IMG/VR virus record: IMGVR_UViG_3300006931_000007
Length of the DNA stretch: 64,000 bases
Reading direction: 5' to 3' (one strand)
DNA from: a virus
Shown here: piece by piece, positions 35,220 through 42,264 of the stretch
Position numbering within the stretch: position 1 is the stretch's first letter
How the letters are laid out: each line of letters opens with the position of its first letter
Program-made: the position numbers and the translations under genes
The notes under the pieces: model-generated
What the model was told of the DNA's origin: nothing
Database searches by the model: none
Seen by the model: the letters and a program-made list of their open reading frames with translations, nothing else

Positions 35220-35761
35220 CGCGAGACCTCCCCCTTGGGCTTATGCCCCGGTGGCGGAGGAGCGGCGGGCCGTCCGGTGTTACCCTTCGCAAGCTCGCCA
35301 TAGCCTGATTCCCAATCGGCAACGGTCATACCCTTCGCGGGTACAACCATGACCCCGCCGACGCGACCTTGGTCAGCACTCGACTTGTCAACGCCTTTGA
35401 ATTCATCGCGACGGGATTTCAACAAGAATTGCGTCAGCGAATCGCTGTACACCTGAATGTGAGTAACAATCTCATCCTTGAACTTACCACCAATCACCGG
35501 CGTCTCGACGCCCTGGAAAGCCCGGCGGTACGCCTCCTTGGCTAACTCATCCGTGTTTGCGTCCTTCGCCTCGATACAACGGGCCGCAAACTCAGGGTCA
35601 CGCTTCTTGTGATCTTGGACTGTGCGAGGGGAGACGCCCGCGGCTTCGGCGGACAAGGTGTCATAACCGCATTCACGCAACGCGGCCAGGAATAACTCTT
35701 TGCGCTCGGGGGTGAACTCAACCGGCGGCTTTGGGGTCATCATTTCACTGCGATTCGGCAT
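35216..35761 (-). CDS. terminase small subunit
   Basis: Start moved to ATG 35761 (GAGGAAG lies 5 nt upstream). HTH-like LSAEAAGVSPRTVQDHKKRDPEF. It lies upstream of the large terminase gene. Confidence 0.7.
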   Translation of the reverse strand: MPNRSEMMTPKPPVEFTPERKELFLAALRECGYDTLSAEAAGVSPRTVQDHKKRDPEFAARCIEAKDANTDELAKEAYRRAFQGVETPVIGGKFKDEIVTHIQVYSDSLTQFLLKSRRDEFKGVDKSSADQGRVGGVMVVPAKGMTVADWESGYGELAKGNTGRPAAPPPPGHKPKGEVSR

Positions 35762-35817
35762 CACGCTTCCTCGGGGCTCGAATATGTGACGCAGCATCAC
35801 GCTTTGTCTTGGCTCGC

Positions 35818-35846
35818 ATTATAGCCCAACCACTTCGATCCGGCAA
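35818..35846 (-). promoter_or_regulatory. sigma70-like promoter TTGCCG-N17-TATAAT for the morphogenesis operon
   Basis: A perfect -10 TATAAT (plus strand attata, 35818-35823) with TTGCCG exactly 17 nt upstream. It sits about 50 nt before the small-terminase start. Confidence 0.45.
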
Positions 35847-35926
35847 CCTCGGGCTCGCGCGCGTAGATCACGACAGACGCACCAGGATAGGGAGCCCAAC
35901 ACAGGGCTTCGGTGCATCTAGTCGCG

Positions 35927-36297
35927 TCTACTTGACTTCGTCCAGCATTACTTCAATATTGGTATACTTCAGGAAAATAAAGTATAGAAGTCAAGTAGCA
36001 CCTAAGTCATTGATAAGTCTTTATTATATTATTATTATTATTATTATTACTTAACTTACTTAACTTACTTGACTAGAATCCCCGGGTGCCGTCTTGGGCC
36101 TCTCGTGACCCGTCGAAACCCCCGCAACCGATTTGACGGGAGATTTTAAAATGAACCCAAGTAAGTCAAGTAAGTCAAGTAGACAAGTTTTAAGTCGATG
36201 ATCCCTAACAGGAAAACCATGTACTTGACTTAAAATGAAGTCAAGAGAAGTATACCAAAATTGGAGTAAAACGTGAGTAAGTCAAGTAGTTGTTGAG
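35927..36297. repeat. AT-rich iteron island B, homologous to island A at 4827..5172
   Basis: At least 8 AAGTCAAGTAG/CTACTTGACTT boxes, (ATT)7, (TTACTTAAC)x2-3, and a 35-bp core at 36160-36194 identical to 5043-5077. Confidence 0.9.
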
Positions 36298-36333
36298 TAG
36301 AGAAAAGACGAAAGCCCTTAGAATCAAGGGCTT
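36298..36333 (-). terminator. intrinsic terminator after the early-gene block
   Basis: Minus strand reads AAGCCCTT-GATTCT-AAGGGCTT followed by TCGTCTTTTCTCT. It lies 55 nt after the MazG-like stop. Confidence 0.55.
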
Positions 36334-36387
36334 ATAAAACGTGAAGTAAAGTTAGTAAGTGACAGCTAACTATACTTAGTGGGGGAT

Positions 36388-36861
36388 TTACAGACCGGCC
36401 GCAATAATAATAGGTGCGAGGTCCGGCGGGGAATAGTTCGGACCCTTCATGATTTTTCCGTCCTCGCGACGGATCGGAAGGCCATCAGCGCCTAGCTTCG
36501 ACATGTTCGAGCGGTGAACTTCAGCCGCAAGGGCCTCCGCCGGAAGCCCAAAGACCAGGTTGCTACCCTGAACGACGTAATCGAGGTCAGCAAGGGCATC
36601 CGCCGCTTCCACTAAATCGACTTTTTCATCTGGAGTAACGGCGACCGCTTTGAAGTAGATTTCGTCAGATTTCTGCACATCGACGTGTAAATGAAGGCTG
36701 ACTCCGAGGGCTAAACACAGCTCACCCAGCTCCTCCGCGATCAATTTCACCCGCAATTCGCGAATTCCGCGTTCAGAAACGGTCGGTTTCGACGGCGCCG
36801 GGTGTCCGAATGCCTCGTGAAAGGCCCGAACGGAGTGAATAGTGTGACCATTATTGCTCAT
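36388..36861 (-). CDS. MazG-like / PRA-PH-like all-alpha NTP pyrophosphohydrolase
   Basis: Start moved to ATG 36861 (AGGAG upstream). LIAEELGELCLALG and EAADALADLDYVVQG are acidic metal-binding helices, and the C-terminus EVHRSNMSK is typical of this family, from memory. Confidence 0.7.
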   Translation of the reverse strand: MSNNGHTIHSVRAFHEAFGHPAPSKPTVSERGIRELRVKLIAEELGELCLALGVSLHLHVDVQKSDEIYFKAVAVTPDEKVDLVEAADALADLDYVVQGSNLVFGLPAEALAAEVHRSNMSKLGADGLPIRREDGKIMKGPNYSPPDLAPIIIAAGL

Positions 36862-36910
36862 GGTGGTGCTCCTTTTCATTTTAAAGTGGCAGGGCTGATG
36901 GTCTGTTTCA

Positions 36911-37279
36911 TCAGCCCTGGGGGTTATCGAGCTTGCGCTTGACTTCGTCAAAGGCTTCGTGATCGACTTCGAGGCCGTTTTCATTAGCCACTACGGTTGC
37001 GAGGTCGCGGAGGACTTCGACCGGGTGGGGTGATTCGATAAAGCGGAAAGCGAGGCCAGACGATCCGAAAAGCGCGCCGCAGAAGCAGCGTTTGCCAAAC
37101 ATACGGAGTCCGACATTGAACGTTTTTACCGACGCAATACAGTAGGGGCAATAGATCATCTTCCAGGTTCGACCGTTCTGGATATGCTCGGCGCTCGCGC
37201 TATAGAAGCGAGTCTCAAACGTCTTGCCTTCGTTCTCCAGCTTTATATCAGACGGTTGAAACAGTCGATTATGCATCAT
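36911..37279 (-). CDS. hypothetical protein (Cys-containing)
   Basis: 122-aa ORF in the early block. Confidence 0.6.
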   Translation of the reverse strand: MMHNRLFQPSDIKLENEGKTFETRFYSASAEHIQNGRTWKMIYCPYCIASVKTFNVGLRMFGKRCFCGALFGSSGLAFRFIESPHPVEVLRDLATVVANENGLEVDHEAFDEVKRKLDNPQG

Positions 37280-37406
37280 CAGCTCCGCGACAGGGGGCCT
37301 TCATCGCTTTGCGAGTGGCCTCATTTTTGAGAGTGAGGAGCCCGCATTTGACGCAGTAGCTCCAGTTGAATATCTTCCCGAGGAAGCTATGTTGGTGCTT
37401 GCTCAT
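37269..37406 (-). CDS. small Zn-ribbon-like protein (45 aa, below ORF-track cutoff)
   Basis: Manual translation MSKHQHSFLGKIFNWSYCVKCGLLTLKNEATRKAMKAPCRGADDA. AGGTGA lies 6 nt upstream. It bridges a gap and overlaps both neighbours. Confidence 0.35.
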   Translation of the reverse strand: MSKHQHSFLGKIFNWSYCVKCGLLTLKNEATRKAMKAPCRGADDA

Positions 37407-37593
37407 CGGCTTTCACCTGTTCTTGAAGCTCGGCCAATACCTTTGCGCGGGCTTCCTTCGTCATAGACGTGATCAGCATCGTCGCAGCCATATCGAGCGG
37501 AGCGTTGGTGAACTCCAGGCGATTTCCGCCAGGCGCCGTATATTTGAGCGAATGAACAATGTTTACCACTTTGGCTTTGGCCATTACTTCCAC
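37387..37593 (-). CDS. hypothetical protein
   Basis: 68-aa ORF, coupled to its neighbours. Confidence 0.55.
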   Translation of the reverse strand: MEVMAKAKVVNIVHSLKYTAPGGNRLEFTNAPLDMAATMLITSMTKEARAKVLAELQEQVKADEQAPT

Positions 37594-37979
37594 CCCATTT
37601 TCAGATCAGAAAGGTTGGTGAGCGCCCCAGTGTAGTCCCAGTAGCGGTCCCATTCGTTGTTACAGTTGTAAACTACCCAAACGCCGTCGGTTCTCCCGGG
37701 GCGAATCTCTTTCACCATCCCATTCTCCCAGCGCGCGTCGCCGTAGTGCTCGGGTTGGTAGTGAACCTTATCGCCGACCTGTAATTGGATCGTGTCCACG
37801 AGGTTCGAGCCTTCGCGGCGAATATCTGCATTCAGGGGCTTCTGGATCGGAAGCGACACCAGCGGATCGCCGAGGAGCGGCGTCACGCGAATGTGGTGAT
37901 CATCCTCGAACGTAATACAGGCGCGCTGACCCTTCAGCGATCCCTCCAGGAACGTAATGAGCTCAACGGGCCGGCGCAT
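37584..37979 (-). CDS. hypothetical protein
   Basis: 131-aa ORF in the early block. Confidence 0.6.
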   Translation of the reverse strand: MRRPVELITFLEGSLKGQRACITFEDDHHIRVTPLLGDPLVSLPIQKPLNADIRREGSNLVDTIQLQVGDKVHYQPEHYGDARWENGMVKEIRPGRTDGVWVVYNCNNEWDRYWDYTGALTNLSDLKMGWK

Positions 37980-38742
37980 GGGCTTTCTCCGCGGCGGCTT
38001 CCGCCTTCAGTATCTTCTTATGAACCGCTTCAAAGGTCCGTGCCGGGGCCTTAATCAGCACCTCGTCATAGGGCCGTGTCTCGACCGGCTTGAGCCACTT
38101 CGATAGCTCGCGGAACGTGATTGGGCGAGTTAGCCGGAGCAGATCGGGGTTGGTTATAAAGAGGCGCATCATTTCAGCGAACCATTCGCCGTCGTTTGGG
38201 CAGTAGTTCGTCAGCTTTTCCTCGCCCGAGGCTTTGCGAATGTTCTTGCTGAATTCGGAATTATAGGCGTTGCCGTTCTTTACATTGCCCAACACGACAT
38301 CGACGTGGTGCCCGATCTCATGCGCCAGGACGCCGTAGGGCTCGCGGTCCACGGTGTACCCCGGATAGGACCAGGACGCCCCGCCGGTTCCGATATGCGC
38401 ACAGCGTTCGAGGCAGATTGCTATGTATGTTGGGCGATAATACGCACAGTGACCGGGTATCCGCCATTCATCCGGCGTGCTCACGCGGACCTCGGGCACG
38501 ATCAGGTTATTGGCTTCGCAGAATTTGGTTATGCGGATCACTCCGCGGTCGAACAGATCGCGTTTGCTCACAGGAAAGGCCCCCGGCGCAGCTGGCGCAT
38601 TGACACGTAGACGATAGCGAAATCCAGGACCTGTTCGAGGACCAGGAGACCGATGATGGTGTAAGCAACGTAGCTCATTCTTGTATCCTCGATTGGAATT
38701 CAGATTTTGCGCCCTCGCCGCGTTGGCTGACCGCGTAGTCAT
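37963..38742 (-). CDS. ImmA/IrrE-like HExxH zinc metallopeptidase (tentative)
   Basis: LAHEIGHH followed by EWFAEMMRLF resembles the M78-type HExxH plus E-x2-A-x3-F arrangement. The start is uncertain: ATG 38742 overlaps the upstream gene by 68 nt, and GTG near 38571 is an alternative. Confidence 0.5.
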   Translation of the reverse strand: MTTRSANAARAQNLNSNRGYKNELRCLHHHRSPGPRTGPGFRYRLRVNAPAAPGAFPVSKRDLFDRGVIRITKFCEANNLIVPEVRVSTPDEWRIPGHCAYYRPTYIAICLERCAHIGTGGASWSYPGYTVDREPYGVLAHEIGHHVDVVLGNVKNGNAYNSEFSKNIRKASGEEKLTNYCPNDGEWFAEMMRLFITNPDLLRLTRPITFRELSKWLKPVETRPYDEVLIKAPARTFEAVHKKILKAEAAAEKAHAPAR

Positions 38743-38923
38743 TCAACTCCCGCCAGAACTTCAATTTGTCTTCGACGGTCTCCGGGGTTACATTGCAATT
38801 CAAGACTTCCCATTCAGTCCAAACAAGTTCAGAACTGAAGTGACAACCGTTGTAGCAACGGCGTTGCGGATCAGTATTGATCAGCATACGCCTCCGCGAT
38901 TCGATAACGAATAGTTGTGTCAT
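38675..38923 (-). CDS. hypothetical protein
   Basis: Start moved to ATG 38923 (GGAGG upstream, ATGA overlap with the 38920 stop). Confidence 0.6.
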   Translation of the reverse strand: MTQLFVIESRRRMLINTDPQRRCYNGCHFSSELVWTEWEVLNCNVTPETVEDKLKFWRELNDYAVSQRGEGAKSEFQSRIQE

Positions 38924-39339
38924 AGAATCCTCCGAATGCCCAACACAGACCGATCCCACCAGGTTGTGAACTGATCGCGCCAGGCGTCCAGGGAGTTCTC
39001 GAACTCGCGCAGGATGCGGGGCCAATCGCTCGGGTGGATGCGGCGTATCACATAGAACTCATAGTGCTCCGCTTGCCATCCCAGCGTTGTTTCGAGGTAC
39101 TTGCCCGCGACCGGATCGAAGTTGAGGTAATGTAGCGTTGGTTGGGCTATGTCGTCAATGTAGATACACTCGAAGATTTCGAGCCCGGGGAGGTCCGCCG
39201 CGTGGTCGATAGCGTATTGCACGCAGTTCTCGTGGCAGCGGTAGTTGAACAGGCCCTGGGTCGATACCGGCTTGATCAGCGGGTAGCGTGACCGAACGTA
39301 TTTGATCAGCTTATTCTGAACAGCAATCTTGCGGGTCAT
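38920..39339 (-). CDS. hypothetical protein
   Basis: 139-aa ORF with ATGA coupling on both sides. Confidence 0.6.
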   Translation of the reverse strand: MTRKIAVQNKLIKYVRSRYPLIKPVSTQGLFNYRCHENCVQYAIDHAADLPGLEIFECIYIDDIAQPTLHYLNFDPVAGKYLETTLGWQAEHYEFYVIRRIHPSDWPRILREFENSLDAWRDQFTTWWDRSVLGIRRIL

Positions 39340-39623
39340 GGTTTCGGTTGTCCTTCAATTCCGGGAACGCGCCAATAGTTTCCTTCCTCATCAGTATGGC
39401 CATAAACCTCTTTGTTCATGATAGCCGGGTGGACATCGTATCGGTGCGACTTGACGGCGTTCGCGCGGTGACTCTCCCAAACCGACTTCTTCGCCGTTCG
39501 GACGTGGTATGGTTCCCGGCCATACTCGCGCTTCAGCCTGAGTATCGTCGTGCGATAGCGGGCGCCGTAGCCAGCGAGGATTCGAGCGGCCCGGCGGATG
39601 CGTTTGGCGGCTTTTCCGTTCAT
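39336..39623 (-). CDS. hypothetical basic protein
   Basis: 95-aa ORF. GAGGAGAAGG SD upstream. Confidence 0.6.
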   Translation of the reverse strand: MNGKAAKRIRRAARILAGYGARYRTTILRLKREYGREPYHVRTAKKSVWESHRANAVKSHRYDVHPAIMNKEVYGHTDEEGNYWRVPGIEGQPKP

Positions 39624-39887
39624 TCAGTCCTTCTCCTCAATCACGATAAGATCGCCCGAGGCGTCGCGCCGACAAAGCAGGCAATAACAGCTATTATACA
39701 TACAGCCGCCGTCCGTTCGACCGCGCAGGTGTATTCCGAGGAAGCAAAGGGCCTTGGTCAGTCGAGTAGGCCCAAACCGCTTCCGGTGTTTGTCGAGTTC
39801 ATCCGCGATCTGAAGAAGATCAGTGCCCGTCAGCGCGTTAAGTTTGTTTTGCTTTACGGCCAGGCGAATGAACTCAGTGTTAATCAT
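39624..39887 (-). CDS. hypothetical Cys-rich protein
   Basis: Start moved to ATG 39887 (ATGATTAA overlap with the upstream stop). The C-terminus carries GGCMYNSCYCLLC. Confidence 0.55.
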   Translation of the reverse strand: MINTEFIRLAVKQNKLNALTGTDLLQIADELDKHRKRFGPTRLTKALCFLGIHLRGRTDGGCMYNSCYCLLCRRDASGDLIVIEEKD

Positions 39888-40140
39888 GAGTGCCGCCGTC
39901 CCGCGCATCGTCGGCCAGGCCTGATTTTGACAACTTCAGTTCAACAACTTCTTCCTCGACGTAGGTGACCACGTTCCAGCCGGTGAGTTTGTGCCAATCT
40001 TCCGCCGACTTTTCGGCGTCCGGGACGTTCTGGTGTTCCTCGACCGTCTTGATTTGGCTCTGATACCCAGCGAGGTCGATGCGCACCCCGGAGTCCTTCT
40101 TGAACGGGTGGTTGTATTTTACGATGCGGACTTCACACAT
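39880..40140 (-). CDS. hypothetical protein
   Basis: Start moved to ATG 40140 (AGGAGAA lies 8 nt upstream). Confidence 0.55.
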   Translation of the reverse strand: MCEVRIVKYNHPFKKDSGVRIDLAGYQSQIKTVEEHQNVPDAEKSAEDWHKLTGWNVVTYVEEEVVELKLSKSGLADDARDGGTHD

Positions 40141-40345
40141 ATTGATGTTTCTCCTTTTCTTGTTGAACACTACATTCTTTGCACAGAAAGAATTCGCGAC
40201 CACCTGTGGTAATCCAACGGAACCGCTCGACTATATTGATCACCCTAAGATCGGGGTCAGTCTGATCGGGCTCCTCAACTTGAACTCGCGGCTCCCGACC
40301 GTCAAACGGGAGGTGATAACGACAATTGCGATTCTCACAAATCAT
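40133..40345 (-). CDS. hypothetical Zn-ribbon-like protein
   Basis: 70 aa with CENRNC ... CKEC cysteine pairs. Confidence 0.55.
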   Translation of the reverse strand: MICENRNCRYHLPFDGREPRVQVEEPDQTDPDLRVINIVERFRWITTGGREFFLCKECSVQQEKEKHQYV

Positions 40346-40698
40346 TCTAGCACCACAACTTTATCAGAGCAGTATTCCTCCGCCGCGGTCAGCGCCCGGC
40401 GAAGATCGGAACGGAAATCATTCAGAGCGAATCGCTCATGAATATCGAAATCGACTGACGGAGCCGCTTCAAGTATCTTCAGGGTCAGGTCAAGCTCGCG
40501 CGCCGTCGCGCCGCAAGGTATCGGTTCGGGTCCCCTGATGCAATTGTTCCAGCCCCAGAGGTGACCGCCGCATTTACCCGCGGAGACGCATGAAGCGTCA
40601 TAGTGGAGCGCGGAGAGGCGAAGCAATCCTTCAACTACCAATACCGACGGCTCCAGATAAAATTTGGGGACGGCTCGAATTGTGATTGGTGTTTTCAT
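40342..40698 (-). CDS. hypothetical protein
   Basis: 118-aa ORF with ATGA coupling. Confidence 0.6.
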   Translation of the reverse strand: MKTPITIRAVPKFYLEPSVLVVEGLLRLSALHYDASCVSAGKCGGHLWGWNNCIRGPEPIPCGATARELDLTLKILEAAPSVDFDIHERFALNDFRSDLRRALTAAEEYCSDKVVVLE

Positions 40699-40865
40699 AG
40701 CTGAGTATCCGTGCGGCGGCGCCGATGGTTTTCAAGTGGAATTCCGTCATCGTCCAACAAGAGAGTCTTGCTGAGATCAACGGGTTTCCGACGTTCCGTG
40801 GTTACTACAACGCGAGGCGCCGCCGGCTTTTCGTCCGGCATAGCTTGGTCTGTGGCGGCATTCAT
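40695..40865 (-). CDS. small hypothetical protein
   Basis: ORF 40695..40880. I favour ATG 40865, 9 nt after GGAG, because the first ATG lies inside the leader box. Confidence 0.5.
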   Translation of the reverse strand: MNAATDQAMPDEKPAAPRVVVTTERRKPVDLSKTLLLDDDGIPLENHRRRRTDTQL

Positions 40866-40873
40866 GTCCATGT

Positions 40874-40884
40874 GCTCCATTTCT
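40874..40884 (-). promoter_or_regulatory. conserved leader/SD box AGAAATGGAGC (copy 4)
   Basis: Exact 11-mer. Confidence 0.6.
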
Positions 40885-40892
40885 CGTGTTGC

Positions 40893-41024
40893 TTAGATGT
40901 TCGCCAGAAGCTCCGCGCGATCTTGCGCTTGTTGCTTCAGCTTTCCCGACGCTTCCGAGGTGAAGTGACACGCACCAACGGCAACGATAACCAGGGCAAC
41001 CAAACTTTCATTTCCGTGCTCCAT
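40893..41024 (-). CDS. possible 43-aa membrane peptide (alternative: 24-aa ORF from ATG 41011)
   Basis: Manual translation MEHGNESLVALVIVAVGACHFTSEASGKLKQQAQDRAELLANI. It would start at the ATG inside the leader box. A 24-aa ORF, MKVWLPWLSLPLVRVTSPRKRRES, starts 7 nt after GGAG in another frame. Confidence 0.35.
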   Translation of the reverse strand: MEHGNESLVALVIVAVGACHFTSEASGKLKQQAQDRAELLANI

Positions 41025-41028
41025 TTCT
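41018..41028 (-). promoter_or_regulatory. conserved leader/SD box AGAAATGGAGC (copy 5)
   Basis: Exact 11-mer, 14 nt downstream of the -10 of the promoter at 41043..41070. Confidence 0.6.
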
Positions 41029-41042
41029 TAATCTGTATAAGA

Positions 41043-41070
41043 AGTATAGTGGAGCCGTCGGAAAAGTAAA
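41043..41070 (-). promoter_or_regulatory. phage promoter TTTACT-N16-TATACT
   Basis: Minus strand reads ACTTTACTTTTCCGACGGCTCCACTATACTTC, nearly identical to the element at 42233..42260. Confidence 0.55.
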
Positions 41071-41075
41071 GTCAA

Positions 41076-41729
41076 CTAATGAATCTTTTTGCGTCTTGAC
41101 CAAAATAAAGCGACAAGCCCTGAGCCCAACAGATAGATCGCTGAGGGTTCCGGGACGCTCGCGACGGTTCCGGGTGTCGTTGGCAGGGTCTCGCAACAGT
41201 CGGGACAGGTCTGGACAACATAGCCCCCGCCTCCACCGTAATAGCTCGGAGGAAACCAGCCCGCGATGTCGTTATGAGTGACAACGATGTCCTGCCCAAT
41301 CACTCCTTCGTCGAAGGGCGTCATGGTCTCCTCGGGGGTGAATGTCGTTGCTTGGGCTTCAGGCTTTGGATCGAACGGTGGCGGACCCTGATAGACGGTC
41401 CAGCCGCTCGGGTCCTCCTTCTCATAGACGCCCATCTTGTTCGGCGCGCGGCGACCGCTCGCCATATCGTCGTTTAACTTTTTGTACATGCGTTCCGAGG
41501 CGAGGCGCTGGGCGCGCTCCTCCGCGGTCATCGGCTTTACGTCGAGCGAGGGGACGGGCTCGCCGTGACGCGAGACCTCGACCGCTGTCAAGCCGCCGGG
41601 GGCAACGGGTCGCAGCCGGTCCTCTGCTTGGGCTTTGTAGCTATCGACCGCGCACTTGGACAGTAGGAGGATCGCGAGCAGGGCGGCAACCGTTGCCCCA
41701 CCGATGAACAGATTGTTACGCGCTTTCAT
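41076..41729 (-). CDS. PEP-CTERM sorting-signal protein with N-terminal signal anchor
   Basis: The C-terminus VPEPSAIYLLGSGLVALFWSRRKKIH has the three parts of a PEP-CTERM signal: a PEP motif, a hydrophobic helix and a basic tail. The N-terminus is FIGGATVAALLAILLL. Confidence 0.7.
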   Translation of the reverse strand: MKARNNLFIGGATVAALLAILLLSKCAVDSYKAQAEDRLRPVAPGGLTAVEVSRHGEPVPSLDVKPMTAEERAQRLASERMYKKLNDDMASGRRAPNKMGVYEKEDPSGWTVYQGPPPFDPKPEAQATTFTPEETMTPFDEGVIGQDIVVTHNDIAGWFPPSYYGGGGGYVVQTCPDCCETLPTTPGTVASVPEPSAIYLLGSGLVALFWSRRKKIH

Positions 41730-41913
41730 GTTGTATCTCCGGGTAATCGAAACGATGGGGAGCTTGGCCCTGACGTTCTTGAAAATTGAAACAGTTTTGT
41801 ACGATCTTCGCCAACTCCCGTTGGGTCAGGTCGCCATCGTAAAATGCCTTGAACTCGCCGCTGAGATAATCCCCGAGCGGAGGAGTTATGGCCACTATGC
41901 GTACAGCGTTCAT
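41716..41913 (-). CDS. hypothetical protein
   Basis: 65-aa ORF, coupled to the downstream gene. Confidence 0.5.
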   Translation of the reverse strand: MNAVRIVAITPPLGDYLSGEFKAFYDGDLTQRELAKIVQNCFNFQERQGQAPHRFDYPEIQHESA

Positions 41914-41925
41914 CCTTGAGGGTCC

Positions 41926-42201
41926 TCAGTATCGGTAAAGGTGAATGACGATAGGTTTCTGGATTTCGCCACGGTCAACACGCCACAGCATCTCACCGAC
42001 ATCACCGGGGAGAATCTTGTAACAGGCGTGTTGCGCTTCGTCCGTTTTCGCATCGAGCTTACAGCGCGCTACGTCGATGACATCACCCTTGCCGGGCTCG
42101 ACCGGGTGGGTGTAGTAGCGCGTCGGAATAACGCGAGGCATGAAGGCGTCCTCCGCGTGCGCGATCCCGGTGAGCAACATTAGCAAAACAAAAGCCTTCA
42201 T
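41926..42201 (-). CDS. small secreted protein
   Basis: Signal peptide MKAFVLLMLLTGIAHA. First gene after the promoter at 42233..42260. Confidence 0.6.
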   Translation of the reverse strand: MKAFVLLMLLTGIAHAEDAFMPRVIPTRYYTHPVEPGKGDVIDVARCKLDAKTDEAQHACYKILPGDVGEMLWRVDRGEIQKPIVIHLYRY

Positions 42202-42232
42202 GATCTAATCCATTTCCTCAGTCTGTTCGAGA

Positions 42233-42260
42233 AGTATAGTGAGACCGCTCGAAAAGTAAA
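42233..42260 (-). promoter_or_regulatory. phage promoter TTTACT-N16-TATACT
   Basis: Minus strand reads ACTTTACTTTTCGAGCGGTCTCACTATACTTC. It is followed by the variant leader AGGAAATGGAT. Confidence 0.55.
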
Positions 42261-42264
42261 GTTG

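Noticed and set aside
36137-36201. A conserved 16-codon plus-strand micro-ORF in both islands. Island B reads ATG-NPSKSSKSSRQVLSR; island A reads TTG-KWSKSSKSSRQVLSA at 5034-5084. Each has GGGAGA 7 nt upstream.
   Set aside because: Its conservation cannot be separated from conservation of the DNA repeat boxes that encode it. No plus-strand promoter is evident. I keep it only as a curiosity that ribosome profiling could test.
4827-36297. The direct repeat pair as att sites or LTRs of an inserted mobile element carrying the structural genes.
   Set aside because: There is no integrase, transposase or recombinase. Both flanks are genes of the same phage on the same strand and share its leader and promoter motifs. 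The repeats are internal regulatory-looking islands, not element ends.
41022-41024. The ATG inside the AGAAATGGAGC box as the general start codon.
   Set aside because: In copies 1, 3, 6, 7 and 9 it is out of frame with the downstream gene, or opens only a 2-6-codon mini-ORF. In copies 2, 4 and 8 it is in frame, but a second ATG sits at optimal distance from GGAG.
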